From Octopus vulgaris (Eukaryota), in the NCBI GenBank assembly GCA_951406725.2, contig OX597819.1, forward strand, positions 62,806,001 to 62,870,000: 64,000 nucleotides of DNA, in the 5' to 3' direction. Shown here in pieces: positions 1-12,055 of this stretch (the stretch's first letter is position 1; each line of letters begins with the position of its first letter). Position numbers and translations under genes: made by a program. Under the pieces are notes generated by a model, which saw only the letters and a list, made by a program, of their open reading frames with translations, had not been told where the DNA came from and did not search any database.

Positions 1-79
1 CGAGCGTTATACTAATACATCTGTTTGTTGTCTAAACCACCTGTCATCGTCTTTTGTTTATTTGTGTGAATTCTCCCTA
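1..79 (+). repeat. 3' tail of a PLE-associated repeat family (other copies at 33323-33600 and 53630-53882)
   Basis: cgagcgttatactaa...gtgaattctccct matches 53806-53882 and the reverse complement of 33323-33400; followed by (TA)n. Confidence 0.75.
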
Positions 80-88
80 TACATATAC

Positions 89-174
<86 letters not shown>

Positions 175-181
175 ACATATA

Positions 182-410
182 TTCCTTTACTACCCACAAG
201 GGGCTAAACACAGAGGGGACAAACAAGGACAGACAGAAGGATTAAGTCGATTACATCGACCCCAGTGCATAACTGGTACCTAATTTATCAACCCCGAAAG
301 GATGAAAGGCAAAGTCGACCTCGGCAGAATTTGAATTCAGAACGTAACGACAGACGAAATACGGCTACGCATCTCGCCCGGCGTGCTAACGTTTCTGCCA
401 GCTCGCCGCC
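182..410 (-). mobile_element. tRNA-like SINE, family C (GGCGGCGAGCTGGCAGAAACGTTAGC head)
   Basis: Minus-strand head with box A/B-like motifs; related copies at about 10712-10902, 15270-15401, 22085-22280, 32130-32345 and 34715-34890. Confidence 0.75.
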
Positions 411-412
411 TA

Positions 413-450
<38 letters not shown>

Positions 451-470
451 TTATATGTATACGTATATAG

Positions 471-670
471 ATTTGCATATGAGGGTACAGGACGTCACAA
501 AATATAAACAACAAAAAAATACGAAGTACGAGGACATGCGATAAGGACCTTTTTGCAAGCAACGAAGGAAACAAAATGAAGGGTCGTTCTTTTTGTTGCT
601 TGTCTTGTTTTCCAAAAAGGTCCTTTCTGTTGTTTAGGTTTTGTGACGTCCTGTGCCCACATATGCATAT
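471..670. repeat. Fold-back (inverted repeat) element between (TA)n tracts
   Basis: 471-513 (catatgagggtacaggacgtcacaaaa) pairs with 628-670; inner arms aaggacctttttg / caaaaaggtcctt. Confidence 0.7.
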
Positions 671-706
671 GCATATATATATATATATATATATAATTTT
701 TATATA

Positions 707-785
<79 letters not shown>

Positions 786-1168
786 GAGAGAGAGAGAGAG
801 AGAGAGAGGGGGACAGACAGACAGACAGACAAAGAAAGGGAGAGACAGTAGAAGAGAAATGCAAAAAGTGATGGTAGTGTGTGTGAGTAGGAAAGTGACA
901 GAGGAGAGCGAGAGACAGATAGATAGACAGACAGACAGAGAAATATCGGATGAGAGAAATGACTCCCTTGTCTTCTCTTGGTAATTTATCTGTAATGTTA
1001 ATCTCGGCGGGATTCGAACTTAAGACGCTGATCTGAAGCGTCTATTTGCCAGGCATTCTGAATCACTAAACGCTATTGAATTATCACCACCACGAACAGC
1101 AACTCACCACCCCACCGCCACCACCACCACCACCACCACCACCACCACCACCACCAGCAATAGCATCT

Positions 1169-1235
<67 letters not shown>

Positions 1236-1526
1236 ACGTTTGGTGATTATCTTCCATTTCACCGCCGATGCAGCTCGATAAGTCACGAGGTACGCCAAAG
1301 TTATTTCATTTTATCTTCCATCTCTCTAAATATATATATACAAATAGGCACCTTTCACCTCTCATTGCGAAAAAACAAAATTTACCAAATACTTGAAAGT
1401 AACCAATAGTGTTTTATAAATAATTTCACCGTTGCCTAGTAACCTGAGTGACCCGGCTATATGACCTTACTGATGTGATTTCAGTTTTTTTTTATATTGA
1501 CAACAACAGTAATAATAATAACAACA

Positions 1527-1565
<39 letters not shown>

Positions 1566-1568
1566 TTG

Positions 1569-1627
<59 letters not shown>

Positions 1628-1680
1628 CGTTTCTATTATAGTCACAAGGCCTGAAATTCGGGGGAGGAGATGGTCGATTA

Positions 1681-2121
1681 CATGCGTCTGACTAAATAAA
1701 TGTATTGTTCCTAGGTATTCAGAGGATGGTTAGTTGCGAACTACTTGTCCACTACTTGTCCTGATATTCCATTGCACCTCAATACCAACGATAAACTCAT
1801 TTACTTCAAATATTGCGCTGGAATGCACATAGAGAAGTGTTCGGTATGCAACGATGTGATCAACTCTACTGCTACGTACATCTGTTGTGGCCACCACCAG
1901 AACATAGAGGATACTGGAATATACAGGGCAGTAGGTAAAACACAGTGTGCACCACCGCTGCAGTCGGGTTCTATTCATTAAGAGAAGCTGACTCAACGAA
2001 GTGCACAATGCGCAGTCCCGACAGACGGGCGTATTCTAAATCTGGCATCGCATGTTTGGTTCGCAACTAGTCATCCTCTGAATACCTAGGTACAATACGT
2101 TTATTTTTAGTCAGACGCATG
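1681..2121. mobile_element. MITE-like element with ~62-bp terminal inverted repeats
   Basis: 1681-1741 versus the reverse complement of 2059-2121: 4 mismatches and one 2-nt gap; abuts a truncated SINE-C fragment. Confidence 0.7.
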
Positions 2122-2157
2122 GAATTTGGCTGGTTTAGCTTCTGTTCTGCTACAGAT

Positions 2158-2670
2158 AGCATGGATTAATTTCTGAACAACTACAAACGGATTGGTTCAA
2201 TTTCTGATATGTTGAATGAAGCCTGCCTTAGTTGCTAATCTATTACAAATAGCATGGCTCAATAGCTGATCTGTTAGAAACAGCATGTTTCAAATTGTGA
2301 GCTACTAGAAAGGCAATGGCTCTATTATTCATATGAGAACCCTGGGTCAATTGCTGACCAACTACAATAAGCATAGCTCAATTTGTGACTTGTTACAAAT
2401 AGCATGGCTCAACTTTTGACTTACTAGAAATACTAAGGCTCAGTATCTGATATATTTAAATAAATATAGTTCAGCTTCTGTTGTTCAACAAGGAATGTAG
2501 TTCACTTTCTGATCTAGAGACAACATGGCTCAATTTCTGATATGTCGGAAAGAGCATGGCTGAATTGTTGGCCTACAACTAATAGCATGGCTCAATTATT
2601 TAACTAGTTCACATTCTGATCAATAGATAGCTTGATTCAATTTCAAATAAGGTAAAATAGCATGGCGTCA
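2158..2670 (+). repeat. Degenerate 31-bp minisatellite (~16 units)
   Basis: Recurring AGCATGGCTCAATTnCTGA...ACAAAT units mostly spaced exactly 31 bp apart. Confidence 0.75.
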
Positions 2671-3009
2671 TTCATAATTTGCTAACAATATCAGAGCTAA
2701 GCTTCAGCCTTTCTCGAAATGGAGTGGCCTAAAACCTCATTTCCGAAATCATTTAGAAGTAAGCAGCTATGCATATGTGAACTACACGGAAAAGACGATT
2801 CATGGAAAAAATTTCATCTTTGTCGTCCGCCTACCAAAAGGCATCCCGCCACAATATGCAAAAAGGACAAGACATAGTAGATAATTATATAACATAGTAT
2901 AATCTAGTTTTAAACGCAGCTCCATCAAAATTCGAAAGAGTCTAGGCGCGAATATATACTATTATCGCAGACATTCTTGACCAGTATATTACCTGGGGCT
3001 AAACAAAAA

Positions 3010-3067
<58 letters not shown>

Positions 3068-3199
3068 GTCGGAACCAAGAGCAGCAACCAAGAGTAAAAA
3101 TAAATAAATAGATAAAATTAACTATTATTGCAGTGTTGATGCTAATCCTACAGACACCATTGGTTATCCAGCACTGTCTAGCAGTCTAATCACATCAAC

Positions 3200-3771
3200 G
3201 TCTTTCAGTAATAATAGCATCATCATCGTTATCATCCAGGTCGTCATCAGCATTACCAACACTACCAGCAGTACCACCGCCACCACAACCATCACTACTG
3301 CCGCAGCCGCAGCCGTCACCATCACTACCACCACCACCACCACCACCACTACTGCCAATATTACCATAATCAACACCAACATGGTCGGCTCCACCACCAC
3401 CACCACTACCTCCATAATCACAATCATCATCATGATCATCATCATCGTCGTCATCATCATGATCATGATTATCGTTATAATCGTGGTCATCAGCATCACC
3501 AACACTACCAGCAGCACCAGCACCACAAGCATCACCACCACCACCACCACCACCTCCACCACCACCACTACCATCATCATCATCATCATCAGCGCAGCAG
3601 CAGCATCAGCATCACCATGGTCATCATGATCATCATTGTCGTCGTCGCTCAGCGACTTCATCATTAAAATTGGCTTTCCTTTCCCCTTCATCATTCTTTT
3701 CCGCAATCAACAAAACCACCACCACCACCACCACCAACACCGTTACCACCACCACAACCACCAGCACCAGC

Positions 3772-3802
<31 letters not shown>

Positions 3803-3905
3803 ACATCAACAACAACACCGCCACCACCACCACAACCAACACCACCATCACGAACGTCATCATCGTTAACGTTGACAGTGTCCTCCCCTTTATCATCATT
3901 ATCGT
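3200..3905. repeat. Compound (CAC/CAT/CAG/CAA)n trinucleotide array
   Basis: Seen directly; explains the poly-amino-acid ORFs on both strands. Confidence 0.9.
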
Positions 3906-4283
3906 TCATCCGACCCCATTATCTTCCCCCGTCCTTTGTATCCAACACCCTCTTACCTTCACCCCCACCCACACATCTTCGAGCACCACCATTTCTTAAG
4001 ACGGTCATTAATCTTCCATCTTCTCAGCAATATTCTCCTATCGATATTGTACAGGCAAATGTGTGTGAATATTGGTTAGGGTAAAGATATGTGTGTGTGT
4101 GTGTGTGCGTGCGTGTGTGAGTATTTTAGTGTAAATGGTATTACTTGTTTATGACTGTGTGCATGTGTGTGCATGCACACATGAGTGTGTGGGTATATAT
4201 ATATATGTGTGTGTGTGTGTTTGTGTGTGCATATGTATAAGTGTACACACACATACGCATATATATATATATATATATATACA

Positions 4284-4664
4284 GGCGTTGGAGTGGCTGT
4301 GTGGTAAGTAGCTTGCTCCCCAACCACATTGTTCCGGGTTCAGTCCCACTGGGTGGAACCTTGGGCAGGTGTTTCCTACTATAGCCCCGGGCCGACCAAA
4401 GCCTTGTGAGTCGATTTGGTAGACAGAAACTGCAAGAAGCCCTTTATAAATATATATATATATATGTATGTATGTGTGTGTGTTTGCGTGTCTGTGTTTG
4501 TTCCCCCGTCATCGCATGACAACCGATGCTGGTGAGTTTACACCCCCTAAACTTAGCGGTTCGGCATAAGAGACCGATAGAATAAGTACTAGGCTTACAA
4601 AGAATAAGTCCTAAAGGCGGTGCTCCAGCATGGCCACAGTCAAATGGCTGAAACAAGGAAAAGA

Positions 4665-4665
<1 letters not shown>
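4284..4665 (+). mobile_element. tRNA-derived SINE, family A, with internal (TA)n(TG)n
   Basis: GGAGTGGCTGTGTGGTAAG (box A) ... GGGTTCAGTCCC (box B); conserved 3' part ending in AAAAGAG; many copies in the window. Confidence 0.85.
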
Positions 4666-4700
<35 letters not shown>

Positions 4701-5511
4701 GCATACATACATATAAATGTGTATGTGAAAGTGTGCGTTTCTACGTATGTGTACGGTGAGGGGCGATAGCTTAGCGGTTAGGGTCATTGTACTCATGATC
4801 GGTTCCTGGACAGGACGATGAGTTGCGTTCTTGAGCAAAACACTTTACTTCACGTTGCTCCAGCCCACACTGCTGACAAGCACGGTTTATCGCGTGACGG
4901 CCCGGCGTCCCATCCAGCGGGTAGTTTATATTCCACACAATCCAGGAATCTGATCTTATGAGCTTGAGAAGGACCTTTCATTAGGTCTTTTGATATTAGC
5001 AAACGGACGGTAAACAATGACTGAAATATATTTCACTATGATACAATTTCCCGTTAGGTTTACTATAATGACAGTATCCTCGTAGTACTTAATGCAGTAT
5101 CATTAATGATATAACTAGAAATTATGTTAGCTTACACTATAATCCGGAGTAAATTTTCACTATGTTAGTGTATATTGATGAACATCAGGCTTACAAAGTC
5201 CGTCCTTTGGTCTAAAATACAAAACTATTAATATTGGTTGATGACAGACTGGCATATTCTTAAATACATTAGAGCTAAGCCACTTTCATTTAATAGCTTG
5301 GATCATCAGAACCGGGAAACTTAGAGATTCTTTTCAAAATACTCTGACGGCTAACAGGGTATAGACACTTTACTGAATAAATTTTCCCATTTTTTCATGT
5401 ATGTATTGTCATGCGTTGGTAGTGTGTAAAATTGAAACAATTTGTAGGCGTTTTTATGGACTAATATGTTAATAAATTAATCAATATCTATATTCTTTCC
5501 ATTTTATTCTA

Positions 5512-6075
5512 GAGACAGAAACCTCGGCAGGCCGAAGACAGAAAACGGGGGCTGTTCGTGGACAAGTCATTGAAAGCATCGTTGTGTCAGCACTCCGGCC
5601 CGACCTGGTGTTGTTAGATGAGGTTCAGAGACGTGTGGTCCTTGGGGAGTTTACTGTGCCATGGGAGGAGAGCATTGCTGAAGTCCTTGAACGGAAGCTG
5701 TTGAGCTATGAAGAGCTTGTAGCTGAAATTCGGGAGAAGAGTTACATCTGTGAGATGGTTGCGTTCGAGGTTGGCTATGGGAGTTTCCCAGCAGCTTCTC
5801 TCAGAAGGTTTCTGAAGGTGGCTGGTGTATCTGCTCTGAGGAAGATAATCAAGGAATGTTGGGAGAAATCAGCTGAGGGTAGTGCTTGGATTAATAGGAG
5901 GTTTTGTGAATGCGCATAAGGCCACAGAACTGTTATGAGTGCGGTTGCAACGAAATACGTCCGGCTGTTGTGGGTCCACCGTGTGGAGAGAGATACTGAG
6001 TTTAATGGGTCGAAATCTTGTCGAAGCACGGCACTCCACTGATGATTTCAGCCAGATGAGAAAAGGAGCACTCGG
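5512..6075 (+). mobile_element. 3' fragment of a restriction-like-endonuclease non-LTR retrotransposon (Hero-like)
   Basis: ORF 5584-5919 has LRPDLVL...EFTVPWEE...ERKLLSYEEL...FEVG, the RPD-E-K RLE motif set in a Hero-like context. Confidence 0.8.
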
Positions 6076-7428
6076 TGTTTTCTTCTACTATATATGTGTC
6101 TGTATGTATTTATGTATATATGTGTGTATATATATATATGTGTGTGTGGTTGCTTGTGTGTGCTTGTGTGTGTAGACACACACATATACAACAGTGTCAC
6201 CACACGCTTGTTTATATGGTGACCTGGTGAGTTGAGAGATGCAACACGTATCAGGTAATCTTGTCGATATTAATTATATTGCATACCTGACTGTACTATG
6301 TATGCCTTTACATCACAACAAAGATTTTTAAACGAAACATTTGTAGCGCTACTAAAACATCATTCGTCTCTTTTTATTATGCATGTATATAAAAATACAT
6401 AGTATATATACGTCCATAATCATTATTACACATATTCACAGCTATGTCGTGATACATAAAACATGTACATGATCACAGTATGCAAGAGGTATGCCGTTGT
6501 GAGCCTGTTGTCATGCTGCATACTTAGGTTTGTGCTTAAATAAGAATAAAATTCATATCTAACATCAGTAAGCATGTTTACACTCATATATAGAAGTGCA
6601 CATATGCACAAAAGCTTGCCCACAAAATATAATAAGGCCACATGGAATATGTTTTCTACTACAGTGGCTGAGGAAACGTGAGGTCTCTAAAACATCTAGA
6701 TGTGTTTGAAGGTTAATGTGAGAGGAATATACGAATATATTTTTATATGGGCATAATCTAGATTCTTCGCTCCTGCTCATTTTTTCACTCTCAGTTTAGA
6801 CATAGCCTCGCCTAGTATTTAACTGGTGGTATATCAAACTCAGCGAAATGGCTTCCATTACACGAATTTCGACGTGTGTTGTGAAGTTCCTGTATTCTAC
6901 GTAACAAAACAATAAGCAACACCCAAACGTCGTTACACACTCATTTATATACAAACCCATATTCGCTCGAAGACACAGCTATCTCTGTACAAAAATATTG
7001 GTAAGATACATGCATATAATCATAACTATGTATGCATACACATACACACACAGGAAAAAAAATATATATATACGCATACGTACATACAGACACAGTTAGA
7101 CATTTACGCTCTTGTATGTAAAAGACACCTGAATGTATGGTGTGTGTGTGTGTGTGTATGTGTGTGAGTGTGTGTGCGCGTGTATGGTTTTCTCCATCAA
7201 TAATTACAGGATAAAAGCTGCACCATTACTTTGATATCAAAGAGGTTATCATCTCTACTGCAGATTGTTAAAAAAATAAAAAAATAAGACAGAAAAAACG
7301 GCCACAATGGATGCTTATTTTCATACATCTTGTAGAATATTCACACTACCACAACCACCACCAAGAAAGAAAAAAAAGCAGCAACCCAGAAACAAACAAG
7401 AAGAACAACATTAATGATGATGATGATG

Positions 7429-7470
<42 letters not shown>

Positions 7471-7608
7471 TGGTATTGAGATGAAAAATATTAATGGGGA
7501 TGATCATCGTGTTGATGACAGTAATAATGAATGAAACACTGACCACGACAAATATAGCAATTAACGAAAGATAACAGTCACAACGAGCGTAAAGTATATA
7601 CTACAGTA

Positions 7609-7667
<59 letters not shown>

Positions 7668-8071
7668 AACACTTAGGTACATAGACGCGTTAATAAATAT
7701 GTAGAAAAACATACGTACGTTCACACACAATATTCCTACACGTATACGCATATATACGCAAATAGTAATAAGTACAACAAAAGATTATGCACAAAAGACG
7801 AGCTGCCGTAAAAAAAAAGAGATTATCTCTTTTAAGAGAACATAGACAAAACTTTATTAAAACCTCTCATTATATATTCTATCCGCCATTAGACATCATA
7901 TAGACGCTTCCACTATGTACACTTGTACACATTTACACTCATATAGCGAAACACATATTTATGTCTATATAAATATCAATAAATATACGTTTACTTTTTA
8001 TTTTGTATACGGTGTTTTAATATTTACATCCGTGTATTAATATTAATATATTAATATTTACCTACACACAT

Positions 8072-8118
<47 letters not shown>

Positions 8119-8126
<8 letters not shown>

Positions 8127-8314
8127 TACACACGAGTGTTTGTGTGTGAATGTATTTGTGTGTAATTGTATATACATATAAATATAGACATACACACGAG
8201 TGTTTGTGTGTGAATGTATTTGTGTGTAATTGTATATACATATAAATATAGACATACACACGAGTGTTTGTGTGTGAATGTATTTGTGTGTAATTGTATA
8301 TACATATAAATATA
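8119..8314 (+). repeat. 64-bp tandem repeat, 3 copies
   Basis: tagacatacacacgagtg... recurs at 8121, 8185 and 8249. Confidence 0.9.
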
Positions 8315-9039
8315 TGCATAAACATGGATAAACCTATCTATGTGTATGTAAATAGATACATTCATATATACATATATAAATATATAAATACATTCATTCA
8401 TACATATATATGTGCGTGTGTGTGTGGGTGCTTGTGTGTGTGAGAGTGTGTATGTACTTATGTATTATATATATTATATATACGTGTCCGAATCTAAGTA
8501 TATATATATAAATATATATATATGGATACATATATATATACGTATATACATACATACACACATATATATACATATAAATTTATATATATATACATATATA
8601 CACCTATATATATGTATGTGTACATGTATGCGTGTGTGTGCATATATGGCTATGTGTGTGTGTATTTGTGCGTTTATGTATACTTAGTTATATATTTTGT
8701 TTATAAATATACTACACACACAAACGCACACTAACACATATAAAATACACATATGAGTATATATTTATATTTGTCTGCAATGTATATGTGTGTAAGGGTG
8801 ATGTTTTAACACCCCCATCATGCACACACACACACACATACACACACATACACACACATACACACACACAGAGTTACACAAGCACACAAACGTCTACGTA
8901 TGTTCTTTTGTTTGAATATCTTCTGATATGATAATATTTTTTTCTTGTAACCTAATTTTGAGTTATTTATTTTTAAACTAAAGCACAATAGACTTATAAA
9001 CAAACCCGAATGCTAAACAAACATCTCTGCTCATGCCCT

Positions 9040-9076
9040 ATTAATATTATTATTATTATTATTATCATTATTATCA

Positions 9077-9118
<42 letters not shown>

Positions 9119-9119
9119 G

Positions 9120-9188
<69 letters not shown>

Positions 9189-9278
9189 CAGTAGTAGGAG
9201 TAGTATCATCATCATCCTCAGCAACATTGCTGCTGTTATTGTATTTGATGGTTTTATCATCTTCCTCGTCATCATCAT

Positions 9279-9325
<47 letters not shown>

Positions 9326-9373
9326 TCATTGCTGTTGTTTTTGCTGTCGTTGTTGCTGTTGTTGTTCTTGTTG

Positions 9374-9440
<67 letters not shown>

Positions 9441-9499
9441 TATCATTATCATTATTATTATTGTTATTATTATTATTATCATTATTATTATTGTTATTA

Positions 9500-9579
<80 letters not shown>

Positions 9580-9580
9580 T
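9040..9580. repeat. Compound (ATT/AGT/ATC/AGC/GTT)n microsatellite
   Basis: Seen directly. Confidence 0.9.
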
Positions 9581-9869
9581 TAAGCGCGGCAGTAGATTTG
9601 TTAAAAGCGTCGGAAGCAATTGTGTTTTGGTATTTCCTTCGACTCTTTAGCTTCTGAAATCAAATCCAGTCAAGATAAACTTACCTTTTCCCCCATTGAA
9701 GCTCGATAAAACCATATAGCAGTAAGCTGTCAGGTCCGTTGAAATATATTTGAGACTTATTTGTCATGTAATAAAAGGCGATATTCATTGCGGCCGAATC
9801 GTTGTGTTAACAACCAACAAGATGAGGACAAATATCCGAGTTAGGAAATATTTATAGTCATTTCAGATT

Positions 9870-10195
9870 GAGGAGACCCCCTTCGATCATGAATGATCTT
9901 GGGATTGCACCTAGGAAGTTACCGTCCGAGGCACAAGTCCGGGCAATGTTGTTTGTGGAAGGCCAGCGGTCACCCATGCATACCAGCCTCCCCTCTCCAC
10001 ACCACTGATGTTATCCAAGGGAAAGGCAAAGGCCGATACAGCTTGGCAACAGTGGACATCACAACTCATTTCTACAGTTGAGTTAACTGGAGCAACGTGA
10101 AATAAAGTGTCTTGCTCAGGAACACAACGCGCTCGAAATCACAACCTCACGATCGTGAGCTCGACGCTCTAACTACTGAGCAATGCGCCTTCACA
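9870..10195 (-). mobile_element. tRNA-derived SINE, family B
   Basis: Reverse-complement similarity to 19192-19430 and direct similarity to 25311-25648; tRNA-like head GAAGGCGCATTGCTCAGTAGTTAGAGCG. Confidence 0.8.
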
Positions 10196-10283
10196 GATTA
10201 GACAAAGCATAACGTCAGATTAGACGTAACATAGTAGGGAAGACTTCATAACATACATGTAAATATTTTCATTAAGTATTGAT

Positions 10284-10615
10284 CGTGGCACTCCGTCGGT
10301 TCCGACGACGAGGGTTCCGGTTGATTCGACCAACGGAACAGCCTGCTCGTGAAATTAACGTGCAAGTGGGAAGATGCAGCGTGACACAGGGTGTGACACG
10401 ACTGGCCCTTTGAAATACAGGTACACCAGAAACCCGAAGAAAGAGTTAAAGTTGTGGTGAAAGAGTACAGCAGGGTTCGCCACCAGCCCCTGCAGGAGCC
10501 TGGTGGAGCTTTAGGTGTTTTCGATCAATAAACACTCACAATGCCCGGTCTGGGTTTCGAAACCATGATCCTATGACCATGGGTCCGCTTCCCTAACCAC
10601 TGGGCCATTGCGTCT
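10284..10615 (-). mobile_element. tRNA-headed SINE, family D
   Basis: Similar to 49913-50230 and 47121-47365; tRNA-like head on the minus strand (TGGCCCAGTGGTTAGGG...GGTTTCGAAACC). Confidence 0.75.
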
Positions 10616-10975
10616 CTGCGTTAAGGATTCATATATCAGAAATGACATCCTTAAATTTAGAAGGGTGAGAAAACGGGAAATACAAACCGTCAAAATATAT
10701 GTCAATAATACTGGTTTCAAATTTTGGCACGCGGCCAGCAATTTACATCTACCCCAGTGATTAACTGGTACCTATTTTATGGACCCTGAAAGGCTGAATG
10801 GAAAAGTGGACTTCGGCTGAATTTGAGAACATATTTACGGATGGAATGACGCTAAGCATGATTTGCATGGCGTGCAAACGATTCTGGTGGCTAGCCGCCT
10901 TAATATATGTGGATATGATTAATATAGTATACATTATGATAATTCAGTTCTATAATTAAGAGATGAAGAATTATG

Positions 10976-11148
10976 TACATTATTTACATTTGACGGATAT
11001 TTGTCCACATCTTGTTTGTTGCTGACACAACGTTTCGGCTGATATACCCTCCAGCCTTCATCAGGTGTCTTGGCGGGTATATCGGCCGAATCGTTGTGTT
11101 AACAACAAATAAGATGAGGACAATTATCCGTCAAATGTAAATAATGTA
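10976..11148. repeat. Inverted duplication of a PLE-type 3' end (~74-bp arms)
   Basis: 10976-11049 versus 11075-11148; an additional fragment lies at about 9790-9838. Confidence 0.8.
11024..11069 (-). ncRNA. Type I minimal hammerhead ribozyme
   Basis: Minus strand: GACAC-CTGATGA-A-GGCTG(10 nt)CAGCC-GAAA-CG-TT-GTGTC; stems I and II pair fully; palindromic stem III AACGTT. Confidence 0.75.
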
Positions 11149-11962
11149 AATAAATATATATTATGGTTTCAAATAGTGTAGCAAACACAGCCAGTAACCG
11201 CCAAATTTCCTCAGAATTTACATCACAACCACACACACATACGCAAACATATACACATATACATAAAGATAGAGACGTATCTCAGCAATCTAACTATAAC
11301 CCATCTTTACTAGAAATCACCTTCTTTGGCATACACATGCGCTTCTGCAAGTTCCATGGACACAAACACTGAAAATTACTTAGATTTTCTTCTAATTATT
11401 TTCACAATACACTCAAACACCAAACACTTTACAGACTTAAAAAGCCCCCATGTATATGGAGTTCTACAATCGAGAACAAAACCAAGGATTTTCAGATCAC
11501 TTCAATGCTGCACTGACGAGTTTAGATGTTGTAGAACATTATATTCAGCCAAGTATTTCTGATTGCAACTTAAAACATATCGCATAAGGCAGCATAAGAA
11601 TAATCAAACCCTACTAAACCTCAGAAATAGCAACTTCATAAAAAGCAACAAACACATCATGATATTCCAAATGATGCTACATTGGAAATAGAAGCAATAA
11701 AGGGAAAAGAAAAAAATTATCATCATGAAAGCTATTAATGTCAGACACACAAATATGTATTAATAAAAAAGGAGACAGTCAGAATTTTGGATAATGCTTT
11801 TTTAGTGCATTCGCTTGTTTAACCGGACTCGCCAAGAAATGAACTAAGGCAATATGTACTTATGTGTGTGTTTGTGTGTGTATATATATGTATATACATA
11901 CATACACATATATATAAAATATATGTATCTTTATATACATATATATATACATATATATATAT

Positions 11963-12055
<93 letters not shown>

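Noticed and set aside
2158-2670. CRISPR-like array
   Set aside because: Eukaryotic context, contiguous degenerate units without unique spacers, and no cas genes
6036-6075. CTGATGA...GAAA in the Hero 3' UTR as a hammerhead
   Set aside because: No stem I or stem III pairing and no correctly placed UH site
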